From Octopus sinensis (lineage: Eukaryota), in NCBI RefSeq assembly GCF_006345805.1, contig NC_043001.1:124682001-124746000 (forward strand): a stretch of DNA of 64,000 nucleotides, read 5' to 3'. The translations under genes and the position numbers were made by a program. Positions within the stretch are counted from its first letter, which is position 1. Every line of letters begins with the position of its first letter. Shown here piece after piece: positions 25,441-39,869 of the stretch. The notes under the pieces are model-generated. The model was not told the DNA's origin and did no database searches. It saw only the letters and a program-made list of their open reading frames with translations.

Positions 25441-26812
25441 CATAAAGACCCTTGCAAAACCGTTCCAAGGCTGAAGAGTTAGAGTTAGTTACAGCATAAA
25501 GAACGCTATCTTGGTACAATCCTCCACCATCTTCTCGGAATGCACCCTTTAATTGGTGCCATAGAAATAACCCAACGAATTCTCTGGCTTGGTTGGAATC
25601 GGAAGATTACTTCAATGTACTTCATTTTCGAGATTGGGCACAAAATTTAACTCTTCTTATCTGAAAGCTACATATTAATACTACAGTACCTTCCTACCTA
25701 CAATTTGTGTTGTGCTAGAGGAAGTAACTCAAATAGAGTAAAAGAGACACTATTGATAGTTACGGTACTGGTGGCGATGGATGCACTAGTGGTGAGGTTG
25801 TTAATAAGAGTTAATGTAATAAGACAGACAGACAGAAGAAAAGTTTGTATTCAAATAAGGGAGACAGAAAAAGCATAAAAGAAAAAGAGAGAAAGTATTC
25901 CAGAGAAAAGAGTATAGAAATGATAATGGCAAACGGTTGTGGTGGCAGTGGTAACGATGTTTATTTGTTGTTTGTGTAAGCCACATTTTTTGGTAGTCGT
26001 GGTAATGGAGTCGACGATATTGCTTTACAAGGCGACGGTTTGTATAAACTGATTGAGTAAACTGGTCGGCATTTGAATATTGCTTTATAGAATGCCTATT
26101 GGAAGATTGCTGAAACAGCATCGAATCATTCCAACTTGTTCTTCATCATTTTAAAATCCCTTAGCCACCCACACCTGCCTATATTTCCCTCTGTCATGTT
26201 GCTTTGCATCGTAAACAACAACAAATTTTTTAGTTAAACACAGCCTGTCTACTGGAGATTTAACAATCAAGTTGCCTAACTCAAATAACACTACATCTCC
26301 GCGTAACGCACATATACACACTGAGAAATACCATTCTGTTCACGTTAGCACCACCCCATCTCCAAAACACAAACTGCTCATCAACCAAATCCACTCATAT
26401 ATTAATGTGAGTGTGCGTATGTAATAAAATTGCGTGTATGTGGTAAATGCAACATACAGAATCCATAATATCTACTACCATTTTTTAAGCATTGATCTGT
26501 TTTTCTGTAAATAACACCGCTTTTCACGTAATTTTTTTCCTCTTGCCTTTTTCTTTAATGTTCTTCACAGCAGGCCACTGTCTGAAATGTTGAAGCTTTA
26601 TTTCCCTCTCACGATGTAATTCTATACACTATGCACTTGGTTATTGATTGTTTGTTTGTTTTTTGTATTGTTGGGTCTGTCGCGAGACAGTTCTGGAGAT
26701 CCTATCATATGCTGATCCAGAACAATCAGATTTTCACAAGTTTCATACAAAAAATATTATAATTCTCATGGGTTTAGTACGAATTAAAGATTTGTCATTG
26801 AATACAATATAA

Positions 26813-27226
26813 GGCGCAGGAGTGGCTGTTTGGTAAGTAGCTTGCTAACCAACCACATGGTTCCGGGTTCAGTCCCACTGCGTGGCATCTTGGGCACGTG
26901 TCTTCTGCTATAGCCCCGGGCCGACCAATGCCTTGTGAGTGGATTTGGTAGACGGAAACTGAAAGAAGCCTGTCGTATATATGTATATATATATAAGTGT
27001 GTGTGAATATGTCTGTGTGTCTGTGTTTGTTCCCCTAGCATTGCTTGACAACCGATGCTGGTTTGTTTACGTCTCCGTCACTTAGCGGTTCGGCAAAAGA
27101 GACCGATAGAATAGGTACTGGGCTTACAAAGAATAAGTCCCGGGGTCGATTTGCTCGACTAAAGGCGGTGCTCCAGCATGGCCGCAGTCAAATGACTGAA
27201 ACAAGTAAAAAGAGTAAGAAAAGAGT
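26813..27226 (+). mobile_element. SINE family A, full length
   Basis: As 6837-7257; ends about 32 bp before the exon acceptor at 27258. Confidence 0.92.
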
Positions 27227-27258
27227 ATAACTACATTACTTCCGTTTTCTATTAATAG

Positions 27259-27392
27259 GACCAACATTAACGAAACCTCAGGTCCAATGACAGATCGTAA
27301 GAAAGCAGACGCAGCAGAAGATAAGCGTAATTACACTCGTCCGAAGTCCTTTATATACGATTTATGTATTCTTGGTCCTATTGATGTCGTAG
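27259..27392 (+). CDS. Internal coding exon of a cyclic-nucleotide-binding-domain protein (phase 2 in, phase 1 out)
   Basis: Acceptor TTCCGTTTTCTATTAATAG, donor G|GTGAGT. Open frame TNINETSGPMTDRKKADAAEDKRNYTRPKSFIYDLCILGPIDVV; its last G plus GA of the 40439 exon gives G in ..LCILGPIDVV-G-DIEVL, the CNBD LGxGDxFGE pattern. Confidence 0.75.
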
Positions 27393-27774
27393 GTGAGTTG
27401 TCCTTTTAAATTGTATTTGTAGGGAGAGTTATATATACACATGTAGTTACCATAATAGTTTTGTTCATGTGTTTGCATAAGCTTGTGTTGAATCAGTAAC
27501 TCTACAAATGAGACGTTGATGAAGGTGTCTTAGGCCAGGACAAGATTCAACGGAGTAATATCTTTCATCAGCGCGACTGTATAGCTTAATTCATTTTATT
27601 TAAGCTATTAATCTTCCTGAGATAATCGTGAATCTGAGACGATCTCATACTTCTTTGCTTGTGACTAAATTAGAAATCGATATGAATTAGTATCAAAATT
27701 ATTTGATCAAAACATTTAACATAAAATTATGATGTAACAGAGAGCTTGTGATTTGTTTGACATATGCTTCAATA

Positions 27775-27992
27775 CTGGTGGTCTTCCGGGTGGTCTTCCG
27801 GGTGGTCTTTTCCGCTCGGTATCTCGTCGAGAGAGCACATAAATAGCAACATCATCAGAAAGAAGTCCGGCGTGAGAGATATCATCGCAGAGTATACTCG
27901 CAGCATGTATAGATGGGCTGGACACGTCGTCCGGCTCACCGATAATCGGTGGACGCACGCAGCTGTCGAGTGGTACCCGCGTGAGCGGAAAA
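27775..27992. mobile_element. RTE LINE 3' fragment with internal inversion
   Basis: Plus strand: IIRKKSGVRDII..YRWAGHVVRLTDNRWTHAAVEWYPRERK. The continuation ERKRPPGRPP lies on the minus strand at 27817-27775. Confidence 0.75.
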
Positions 27993-27999
27993 ATATCAA

Positions 28000-28600
28000 T
28001 GTTATATCACTAAATATTTAATATGGTAACCTTTATACTGCAGAATTCGGTCATGCATACTTTTGACCAAATTTTTGCTGTAATTTCCGAAATTGTAATC
28101 CGAAATTGATGAAGTATAATAAGCAGTAGTTTTCTTTTCTATATAATTGCATGTATTTACGATAGTATTTAGTTTAAATGATCCTGTGTATTTACTCAAT
28201 ATAGTAACATCATCAGCTACTTTCGTGCATTTTGCAGAATAACAATGTATACCGTCCTGGAAGAATATAATGCAATTATGGATGGTCATATAAGTAGAAA
28301 CACTTTTCTTCAGAGTACCTAGATAATATTTTGAGTTAATGGAGACATTATCCAAAAACAAACTCTTCCAATTGCAGAAATGCCCCACCCCATTTTCTAA
28401 TAGTTAGGCATCACTTGATTCCTGAAAATGTGTACATGGGATGTAGCATGAGACAAAATTACTTACTGGCGGTTTCGTCATTCAACATTGCTTTAAGCCA
28501 ATCCCTCTTAGTTCAATTTTTACGATCTCAGATAAATTGCAGTTGATCCTGGATGTCGTTCAATGATAAGCCTGTTATATTTTCACGTTGAACGTTTTTC
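28000..28600 (-). mobile_element. Decayed Tc1-like transposase
   Basis: KEDWLKAMLNDET (W..V.FSDE) and INSKYYLGTLKK..CIIFFQDG.HCYSAK. Confidence 0.55.
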
Positions 28601-29704
28601 TGCTACAAAACTAAGTCTTGTTACAAATGATGTCTTATTGTCTAAATATTGCATTTTGTTGAAGCCGGCAGAGTTATTGTAGATGTAAAAAGAGGTATTG
28701 TAGATGTAACAAGACAATAAATCGTATGATCAAATTTGAAGAGTTGTGGCTCGAGGGCTTTCTAATTTGCTAAATGATTTGTATCCACCTATCAGACAAA
28801 ATAGAGACCAAACTATCAAGATCCACCAAGAAATATATTCAGCTGGATTGATATCTGCCTAACACGAATTCATTGTTATGTAAAACAAAATTACAGTCCC
28901 TTTACTCAGATGACAATTCTATAGACCTATAAAATATAGCAGTACCCTGTAGTATTTCATATGAAACAATAATTCATGATTCGTATTTCATACTGCCTAA
29001 ATTAAATCATTTACAAATATCAAGTAGTTATATAGTTTTTATTTTATATATGACACATTTAGTAAAATACTTTTATTCAGGCTTTTGACCAGGACAGATA
29101 CAGTTTATACAAGGATAACAATCAGTACATGATGTTAGTGATGACAGCATTAAGATTCTTTAATACATAGGTGTTTGAGTGTTGTTTCGTCTAGAATACC
29201 TTTCCTTACATATATATTCATAGTTTTCCGGTTTGTAATAACCTAACATTTATCTTTATACTGATTAGTCATTAAATAATAAATAACTTTATTAACCAGA
29301 TGTTTCAATTTATATTCAATCATTCAAAGCACACTTTTAGAGAGATTTTTATTTGTGTTCATTGTATTAATACACGATGTGTTATGACATCTGCAGCTGT
29401 TATACAGTCTTGAAAATTTGTATACAACATTGTTCTTTGTTTTAGTATTAAAATTAGTCTTCTTAAAATTTGCAATATTTTTAGTAGTTGCTTGTCTGAA
29501 CTAAAAGAAACTTACACTTCATGATCACCTACAGCCATAAATTTGATACGAAGTATACTAATAATAACAATGATAATAATAATAAAAATAATTATTGAGT
29601 TTGGTTTAATGGCCTACCAATATACACTATGAGTTTCTTTGCCCTAGGAGTCGGGAAGACACTCGGCAAGAAATGGAAGAAAATTTGAAAGAAGAAAAAA
29701 AAAA

Positions 29705-29788
<84 letters not shown>

Positions 29789-29818
29789 GTAATAATAATA
29801 ATAATAATAGTAGTAGTA

Positions 29819-29883
<65 letters not shown>
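29705..29883. repeat. (TAA)n microsatellite
   Basis: Directly visible. Confidence 0.95.
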
Positions 29884-29884
<1 letters not shown>

Positions 29885-30454
29885 TATTTTTTCTTTATTG
29901 ACCACAGGGGCCCAAATATATTGTGCAAAGTATATGATATTAAAAGTGTTACAAAAAGGGGGAAGTACGAATATAATAAATGGAATATTTAGGAAAATCA
30001 TAATACAATTTATTAAAACAGGTTAAAAATTTAATGCACAATACATAAAGAGAATAGAAGAAGCCACCCAGGGAATATTAACACACCCAACGACTCTCAA
30101 TACTTATCTTTACGACCACTTCCTACGGCTTGCTACATTCATAATTGACCATTTTGGCTAAAATGCAAAAGTCACATCTTTCACCTATTGATAGATTATA
30201 GGTGTGTTTTCCATAATTTCTATCGTAACATATCGAGGTTATTCTTACCGTCAATCAGCATAGTAATTTTCTTGCTCTGCTTCGTATCTTTCAGCAAAAT
30301 TCATTCCAATTTTGTAACTGATTTGGATAACAGTAAAGCTGGTGTGCCCCGAGGGGACAGGCATGTTCTACATTCTGCTTACTTTTAGTCCGAGGTCATT
30401 CATAATTTTATTCTGCCTTCTTTCTGTTCTTTCTATTTCAAGTGGTATCTCCCT

Positions 30455-30784
30455 GAGACCCTCGGGGACCCCCTTCAGTCATGAATGACCATGGGATTGC
30501 ACCTAGAAAGTTACCCTCCTAGACACAAGTCCGGGCAAGGTTGTTTATGGAAGGCCAGCAGTCGCCCATGCATACCGGCCTACCCTCTCCACGCCACCAG
30601 TGTTATCCAAGGGAAAGACAGCTTGGTACCAGTGACGTCGCAACTCATTTCTACAGCTGAGTAAACTGAAGCAACGTGAAATAAAGTGTCTTCCTCAAGA
30701 ACACAACACGCTGCCCGGTCCGGGAATCGAACTCACAACCTCACGATCGTAAGCTCGACGCTCTGACCACTGAGCCATGCGCCC
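30455..30784 (-). mobile_element. tRNA-derived CORE-type SINE
   Basis: Minus-strand head GGGCGCATGGCTCAGTGGTCAGAGCGTCG..GAGTTCGATTCCC, CORE-like GTGTTCTTGAGGAAGACACTTTATTTCACGTTGC, LINE-like tail. Confidence 0.8.
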
Positions 30785-31184
30785 TGAGCTTCTAGTAGTA
30801 AACATAAAACAGTTTTATAGCTGCGTATAACTTCTATGTTCTAAAGAATCGAAACGAATCACTTTATCTATTTTATCATTTCCGTCTTTCTTGCAATCAG
30901 TTTAAAAAGTCTATAAATTGGTAATTTGCTATTCGAAATATAGTGACTGGCTCCTCTTCCTACGTTTTAGTCTGTTATTATTTTATGTATTTTTTCTTCT
31001 GAAACCTTTTTTATATTTCTTCACTGTCTTCTGGAGTTTTTCCTTTGCGTTTTCTGTCCTTCAAATTGACGTCTGACGATGGCGGTTTGGCACTTGCTAG
31101 TATCCGAGAGAGCTCAAACAGATTCCTTTTTTTTCTTTTCCTTTTTGTTACTGGGACAGAAGACAAAAGTGGTTGTGGTTTTTT

Positions 31185-31330
31185 TTTTTTGTCTTTTACA
31201 ACAATATCCGGCTTATTAGCTTTGATGATTCTGTCTGTAAGTACAAGAAAGTCCCAAAGAGTCGTTACACTTTTCCCCTCAGCTACAGTCTCACGGTGGT
31301 GCTTATACCACTTGTCAACAGTTTTGATTT
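31185..31330 (-). mobile_element. R4/Dong-like LINE restriction-like endonuclease fragment
   Basis: DKWYKHHRETVAEGKSVTTLWDFLVLTDRIIKANKPDIVVKDK matches the KWY.H..LWDF...TDR.I.A..PDIV motif. Confidence 0.65.
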
Positions 31331-31795
31331 TTATAATGCTAACATATTAACCAGTGTAGATACTGGTCAACTGTCATATTTTGATTGTGCCAAAACTTTA
31401 ATTTCAGATATTAAGTCGTCCACTGTTTCAATCTCTTCCGGCACTTTGGATCTACTTCATTTTAGTTCTGGGTCAATAAGCTTTCATCTCGAGCAGCTAC
31501 GATGAAGTTTTTACTCTCTACCTTTAGCTCTGGGCTTCGTAATGGTCAACATCAGCTTGTTTGCCACGGGCCACACATTTACCATACAGAGGTTTCTGCC
31601 CCGCCAAATTGCCAACTGTCCATGCAATTTTTTCTTTGCCATTAATTTTACTTTCCTTACAACAACAGTTGTCACATTATACTTGTCACATTAGGTATAC
31701 ACATTATACCTAATTTTATCAGGTGGTGCTATTAAGTTAGACTATCTTTGGTGGAAACATATCTAAATTTTATTAAAGTTTTATATAGATATATA

Positions 31796-31841
<46 letters not shown>

Positions 31842-31913
31842 CATATATATGTGTATATATATATATACATATATATTATCTATATATATATATATATATA
31901 ACGTATATAATAC

Positions 31914-31961
<48 letters not shown>

Positions 31962-32144
31962 ATATATATTATATATGTAATATATATATATATATATATG
32001 TAAATATAATGTATAGATATATATAGAGAGAGAGAGACATTATATATGTATACATATATATAAAGATATATATTATATATATAAAGATTATATATTTATG
32101 GATATTTAACATATATAATTTTATATATATAAATATGTATAATA

Positions 32145-32182
<38 letters not shown>

Positions 32183-32949
32183 TATAATAAATATTATAAA
32201 TATATATAAATATATTATAGAGAGAGAGAGATATAGAGAGAGAAAGATATATAGAGAGAGAGGGGAGAGACAGAAACAGAGACAGGGAAGAATGATTATT
32301 TAAGTAAATAACTTATGGCTTTCGCAGATCAATCATAAGTAAACATATCGGCAGAATCGATTGATTTGTGTCTAGAACTGAAAAGGGACCCAAAGAAAGA
32401 CGACACTTCACCATTTATTTAAACTATGCTTATGATTGGCCTGTATCAAATTTCTGTTAGTAGCTGGATATTTACTTAGTTGTTTATGCCCTACAGGTCA
32501 ACCTTAATGCTAGATTTAAATCAAAGCTGCTCCAACCATGACCATCCCGGTTACATCATCTCACGTGCAATTGCTTTCTTATTTAAATAGTAGAGTTTGA
32601 TTAGATAAGAAAGCAATGGTGTTTAAATGATAGAGTGTATGTAAAATTTGGTTCTATTTTAATCAAGAAGAGAAGCTTAGTTGGCGACTCCGGATTTTTT
32701 TTTTTTGCTTCTATTTTTTGAAACTGAGCAGTAAATGGATTTACAAAAAACAAGATTTTAAAATCAGTTTAACTATGAAACCACTTAATCTAGATTAATA
32801 TTTTTTTAAATCATTTAAATTAGCAGCAAAAATAAATTCGAACTTCACGTGATTGTTTAAAGGGAAGAAATATAAACTGTCACAAATCCTGAATTGATTT
32901 TACTAAAGTTTGGTTCCAAGACATTTGATGGTATTTTCCAGTTCACAGA

Positions 32950-34543
32950 TTAACTAATTCTCCCTTTTCAATTTTAGATTAGGGTAATTTGAATGAATGG
33001 GTGGTTATATTCAAGAGAAACACGAAACCGCTAATCCAACTATTTTCTCTAGTTGAGTTGCTTAATTTATCATCCATTTCCATAAAGTTGTATATCTCTT
33101 GTTCAAAAAATCTAAAAAACATTGATAATATTCACTCCTTACTTAGTCAAGGAACTTCCCAACAATAATAAACCAGACTTCTAGACTCAGATTCAAGCCC
33201 TATACAAAATTGTTGAACTTTTGATGGTTAAGTGTCTTGGTCTTATTAAAACAATGCTGAAATTTCAACAGGATTTTCTAATTTTAGTACTTTGGTACGA
33301 ATTTTCCGTATAATCAGATGCAATAAACCGATCCTTTTATGCAATGAACAATTTAAAATACTTTTCTACAAACTTTAGAGCTGCTAATTCTGATTTTAAG
33401 AAAAGGAATAGCGATCTAAGGTTATGATATTGTAGAGGTTACATCTCTTGATATGCTCATGAAACAGTTCAAAAGAGATACTGAGCTTTATTCATGTGGC
33501 TTATTTCTTTATAGATATATTCTTTAATAGAATGAAAACAAATTCTTCAGTAAAATTAAGGTTCTCGAATATGAATTGCAAATTTAGCTGAATCTGGATC
33601 ATCTGTAGTTTCGTCGGTGACCAGTGAAAACTAACTGAATTTAGATAATTTTCTGCCGACTTAACTATCATATCGGCAACAATTTCTTTTACAAGAGAGC
33701 ATCCTTCGTCGAATTTATCAAAATTGCCTTTGGATTGTTTAACAACTTTTTTCGCTTACTATATAACTAGGGTGCACAATATTTTTGAATCTCTATGCCT
33801 TGTAGCAAAAGCTTATTCATGTTTCTTAAGTGTTTCAATTTTAATTTTTCTAATACTTCGCTTAAAACTCATAACAGCCAAAACGTTTGGCCGTGTAAAG
33901 CTGTTCAACGTGAATTTTCTTAAATGCTAAGAGGAACTCGGAAACTATTAAAAGCACTTGTCTGTTCTTTTTTTCACTTCAGCAATGAAGTAATCATACA
34001 CCCACTTATACTGGAATTTTCTTCTTCCTTCGGAAAGTTTTCTCTTTTTTTTTTTTGATGAAGCTATTTAGAGAGTTTATTCATAATTAAAATGAAAAAT
34101 TTACAGAACTTAACGAACTTTGTAAGAATGCTCTCAATTTACCCAAAGACTATCATTCTTAAATTACAAATTATTGAATATCAATGCAGCGTAAAGATTT
34201 GCTTGAATCGAAAAACTAAGTTACCTGAAATGGTTATATGCATATTTGTATTTTTCATTTGTTGATAATTCGGAGAATCAACTATCTCCATGTAAAAGAG
34301 GGTGTTAGTGAACGAAAGAAAGAAAATTATTCAAAATTAACAGAATTGGACCTAAAGATTGCGCTACAGAATTTTAATAAAATCTTTTAACACGTATCAC
34401 ACTAAATGTCATAAACGGGTTACATTTGGTCCGACTGTTACAGGTTGCCTAAGTCTGCTCTTACAAAAGCATTAGCCAAATCTTCTGCTCGTCTTGAAAT
34501 CATCACTGACAGTGATGATGAACTGTCACGTTGGTCTTTCTAG
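32950..34543 (+). pseudogene. Unidentified decayed intronless reading frame
   Basis: Protein-like translation through stops and frameshifts (IQALYKIVELLMVKCLGLIKTMLKFQQDF, FLLQESILRRIYQNCLWIV, NEKFTELNELCKNALNLPKDY, LPKSALTKALAKSSARLEIITDSDDELSRWSF*); family not recognised. Confidence 0.35.
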
Positions 34544-35038
34544 TCCGGGATACAGGTCTGAAAATGAGTAGAAAGTTATGGCTTATAATTCAAAGGAACA
34601 GCTTTGTTATATGCTGTACAATGCTTATTTTACGTTATGTGTACACGTGTCTCTGGAATACCCTGCCGCTTACTCGTTAACTCAAGGAGCAGTTAATTCA
34701 GTCGTCCGAAACGCTGAATACTTATCGACGAAACCGATGGAGATCTATTCATCCGTATCACAAATTAAACATGTGAATCTAACCTGCGTTCGTTTTTCTG
34801 AGCTTTCCTTCTATTTTTTATTTTCTTTCTTCTCTTTCCAGTCTCTCCTGTACTACCTCCAGTGTCCGACAAAGGACTATGTTTGAAAAGTCATACTCTA
34901 ACTCCATAAATATTTTCCTTCTTTGAGTTTCAACCGAATAATATTAACTATGAGACTCCTTTGAACTTTTGGTGTTTTTAATAATTTGCATTTGCTTTGC
35001 TACATACATACACACATACATACAGACAGACAGACATA

Positions 35039-35548
35039 TTGAGTCATCCCATAAATAATGCGGTATTTTTTTATATATTCCCTTTCATTTTCTACAATGC
35101 TCTTCCTTCTATCTGGTAGACTTGCAAGGCTGCTCTTCCAAAATTCACTTGTCCGTAACGAAAAATATTCCTCCAGTACTGTTCTGACCTCGTCTACAGA
35201 ATTCATATTTTTTTCCGTCTAAATGATTTTAAAGAGAGCGGAATAAATGATAATCAGATGGGGCAATGTCCGGTGAATATGGTGAGTGTGGCATCGTTTC
35301 CCATTCAAACTGCTCCAGCCTTTGGAATGTCATCCTCGCTGTATGTGGCCGAGCATTGTCCTGATGGAAGAATATCTTTCGTCTTGAGACCAAAGATGAT
35401 CGTTTTCTTCTAGCGCTGACTTGAATGACTGGTTAAATGACCAAATTCAAGCTTCTCTGCTAGTTCCTCAGCAGTTACGATGGGATTTTGTTCCACCAGG
35501 GTTAGCAGTACGTTCTCGTCGAGCTCTACAGAACGTCAGAACGTTATA
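35039..35548 (-). mobile_element. DD34D mariner, internally deleted and 5'-truncated
   Basis: [29 protein letters not shown], then FHQDNARPHTARMTFQRLEQFEWETMPHSPYSPDIAPSDYHLFRSL (34 residues between the Asp residues). TIR TTGAGTCATCCCATAAATAATGCGG after TA at 35037-35038. Confidence 0.88.
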
Positions 35549-35563
35549 TAAATATATACACAC

Positions 35564-35702
<139 letters not shown>

Positions 35703-36182
35703 TTCAACTTACGTTGAATGTCAACCAACAAAGTTTGCTTTTGAAGCGTTGAGATGTATTGAAATATATAGATAAGGAAATAATTTTAATATCAAACGCA
35801 GCATAATGATATTAATATAGCATGAACAGAATAAACTATCCATCTCGGAAGTTCAGAAGTTCGAGGAATATGGAATTATTCCTGTTCCGGAGTTGTAGTA
35901 CTTGTCAAAGAATCCGAAGATTATTTTATGGCTCAGTTCTACAGAGCAGTGGGGTGATATCCTAGCGAATAATAGGTCCTGTAACTCATGGGTAAGATCG
36001 GGTTAAGTCACTCCAGAAATGTCATAAAACTATAGAATCCATGACCAACAACACATATAAGCATTACATGGGTATGTGTTCAGGCGTGTGTGTGTGTATG
36101 GGAACGTGTTGGCATTAATGAAAATTTGCATACATAGGCACATGCGCGCACATACATATATATATATATACCTATATGCATA

Positions 36183-36335
36183 TACTCTTTTACTTGTTTC
36201 AGTCATTCGACCCCAGGACTTATTCTTTGTAAGCCTAGTACTTATTCTATCGGTCTCTTTTGCCGACTGCTAAGTGACGGGGGCGTAAACTCACCACCAT
36301 CGGTTGTTAAGCGATGTTAGGGGGACAAACACAAA
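36183..36335 (-). mobile_element. SINE family A, 3' half
   Basis: Homology to the family A 3' half. Confidence 0.75.
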
Positions 36336-36485
36336 CACACAAATATATACACACACACATATATACTTATATGTACTTATAAGTATATATAAGTATATAT
36401 ACTTATATATAATATATATATATATATATATACTCGCACATATACACACACGTGCATGCACATACAGAACACCACACACACACAC

Positions 36486-36529
<44 letters not shown>

Positions 36530-36533
36530 TATA

Positions 36534-36765
36534 GGCGAGCTGGCAGAAGAAACGTTAGCACGCCGGGCGAAATGCGTTGCCGTATTTCGTCTGCCGTTAC
36601 GTTCCGAGTTCAAATTCTGCCGAGATGGACTTGCCTTTCATCCTTCCGGGTTCAATAAATTAAGTAGCAGTTACGCACTGGGGTCGATGTAATCGACTTA
36701 ATCCCTTTGTCTGTCCTTGTTTGTCTCCTCTGTGTTAGCCCCTTGTGGGGTAAAGTAAAGAAATA
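36534..36765 (+). mobile_element. SINE family B
   Basis: Head, central domain and tail present. Confidence 0.88.
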
Positions 36766-36799
36766 TATATATATATATATATATAATATATATATATAA

Positions 36800-36990
36800 G
36801 GCGCATGGCTCAGTGGTTAAGGTGTTGCACTCACGATTGTGAGATCGTGGGTCGATTGCCAGACCAGGCGTTGCCTTGTGTTCTTGAGCAAAGCAATTCA
36901 TTTCACGTTTCTCTGCGATCATTTCGTCATCTGACAAGTGGCACCCGTTGCACCTGTACAGGTAATGTCAATTTGATGGTGGGAGTGAGC
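36800..36990 (+). mobile_element. CORE-type SINE, degenerate
   Basis: GGCGCATGGCTCAGTGGTTAAGG head; TGTGTTCTTGAGCAAAGC CORE-like segment. Confidence 0.65.
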
Positions 36991-37124
36991 ATATGTGTAC
37001 ACAAACATTTGGTCACTATAAAAAAAAATCATTGGTGTGGTTGTTTGGTAAGAAATTGTCGAACACCCTCATACGTCGTCTAACGACGGGAAAGTCCATC
37101 ATATATGTGTGCGTATGTGTGTGT

Positions 37125-37174
<50 letters not shown>

Positions 37175-38049
37175 ATCTGTGTGTGTGTGTTTGCATATAG
37201 TGGGAGTGGGTGGGTTACAAGAGAAGAAGAGAGTTTACTGAAGCTGGAAAAATTCAGAAACTGTTACTCTGAGTTTCACCTTACCAATCATCAGAAAGTA
37301 GTGACTTTTCGGGGCAATAAAATGATGCTTAATAGTTCGTAGATAATTAGTTGCCAGATTATCAAACAAAAAACTAATGCTCATTTCACGAGATTTGGTT
37401 ATTTGATGTCTGTGTTTATGTGTATGGCTACAAGAATGGCTGCTGCGATTAGATAAAACCATAAATTTTTGGCTCAGTCCCACTGTACAGTAACTCGTTG
37501 TGTAAATATGTATAGGCGCAGGTGCGGCTGTTTTTGGTAGGAATTTTGCTTCCCAACCTGTGGTTCAGTTCTATTGCGTCACAAGTGTCTTCTAATATAG
37601 TCTACGGGTGGCCAAAGCCTTGTGAGTGAATTTGTTTAAATAACGATCTTATACTTATTTATATAAAGTTATATATTTATTTCGTCATTATATTCTCTGC
37701 GGTGATATATTTGACCATATCGCACGAGGAGCTTAGGCGGGCAATTTAAGCTGGTCGGGTGCATACGTGCATATATATGTATGTATACGATCGTATATGT
37801 AAGTATTCGTGTGTTGTATATATATATTTTTGTATTTATGTACTGTGTATATTCCACTGAAGAGGCAAAGCATTTTTTATGCAGAGTCAGAAATCCGAGA
37901 TCTAGAATTAACCAGTAATATTTTTTACTAGTTTATTTTGTCTTTTTGTCTTCTCTCCTGGTGCTGTATGACTTTTGATGTGGTTTTAGAGTCAAGTTTT
38001 GGCTGCTATTTCAAGCGTGGTGGTGGTAGCACTTAGATCCCCTAAGTTT

Positions 38050-38081
<32 letters not shown>

Positions 38082-38842
38082 TATATATATATATATGTGT
38101 GTATTATATATACATATACATATATATACATACATTTTACACCTACATATACATACGTACACACAAATATGCATACGCAAACACACATACATATACACAT
38201 TCATACACGTTTATATGCGTGTATATGGTCGGATGTATTACCGAGAGAAGATGGAAGAGCCTAAATGAAGTTTAAACTTGTCCTCACACACATTTACTCT
38301 CTCACTCTCTCTTTCTCTCTCTATCTCCCTCTCTCTTTCTCTCTCTCTCTCTCTCCCTCCATCCCTCCTTCCTCTGCTCTTTCTCCATCTTTATTTATAA
38401 CTCACTCTCCAAAAGCAATATGTTTATATATATATATATACTGAACCGTCATATTTCAAACTAGAAATTATGCTGTATAACACTACAATCATTCGTTCAC
38501 GCTTCCACTTTTTCCAGCCTTGTCATGTCTACATATATAACATGAACATCCTAGCTGTATTAGTTATACTGATACTGTATCATTACAACGGTTCTTGGCC
38601 AGATATCTACATTTTCACACAGTCTATCAATTAGCAGTCATTTTCTTCAGCTTGCTATTCCAGATACAGCTGACTGAAATAAAGCATATGAATATTTTCT
38701 TCCTATTTATATCATTTCTTTGCCAAAACACCATTTATTCCGGTAATTTTCTTGTTAGTAGAAGCAAAAGCAGCTGCCCAGTATCCTAGACAGTTTAACG
38801 TATATGTATGTTCATATATAGGTGTGCAAACACAAATATTAT

Positions 38843-38909
<67 letters not shown>

Positions 38910-39297
38910 CAGCATATACAGGCATACATGTATGTAGATGTATGTATGTATTGTATGTATGTGCATGTATGTATATATATATATATATGCGCACATAAGC
39001 ATTCATACAATTTTACGCTCACATACACACACATGCATACATACACACACATAAAATACTATATAGATATATATGTATATACATATGTATATAGATACAC
39101 ATATATACTTATACATATATATGCACACATATAGAAAAAATATAGATTATATATATAATATATATATATACATATATATATATACATATATATATACTTA
39201 TATATATGTATGTATATATATATATATATAGAATATATATATATATATATATATAGTATATATATATATATATTATATATATATATATAATATATAT

Positions 39298-39397
39298 GGC
39301 CTGCTCGCTTAGCCAGCGGGGGTGGCGTTCATTCGAAGGCTAAAACAATGCGAACGCATGGTGACCAGCGATGTGTAGCAACATCTGATGGTCTGGT
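39298..39397 (-). mobile_element. Family C repeat, partial
   Basis: Reverse complement of 49650-49750, flanked by (TA)n. Confidence 0.8.
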
Positions 39398-39869
39398 ATA
39401 TACACATATATATACATATACGTACATCAAGTTATTCCAACCCATAATAGCACGAGGATGATGATGATAATAAATCCAGACAATTCTTTTTTAAATAACT
39501 TTTATTAACCAACTTTTCATCTTGTATTGAAAGAACTAAACAGTTGTATAGATGTAAACAGTTTTTTCTTCTTTCTTTCTTCCTTCTTTCTTTCCTTCTC
39601 TTTTCCATTGACACACCTTTCAGATACACAGGCACACACACAAACACACACATACACACACACAAAAGAAAACTCTCTCTCTCTCTCACTGGACAATGAT
39701 GATGAGGATGATAATAAGTCCAATTTTTTACAAGCAATGTAAGATTCTCTTAAACTTAGTCATTCCCAGTCGGGAATTTATATAGAGTGTAGCAGATTCA
39801 AGGTTTGTATTTTACTCTCTATTTGTATCACATCGAAACTAACTATGACTTAATTTTTCCTCTCACACC

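Noticed and set aside
26571-26615. Possible 45-nt phase 2-2 exon (RPLSEMLKLYFPLT) upstream of the 27259 exon
   Set aside because: Strong acceptor but weak donor (AT|GTAATT) and no clear CNBD motif; needs RNA data.
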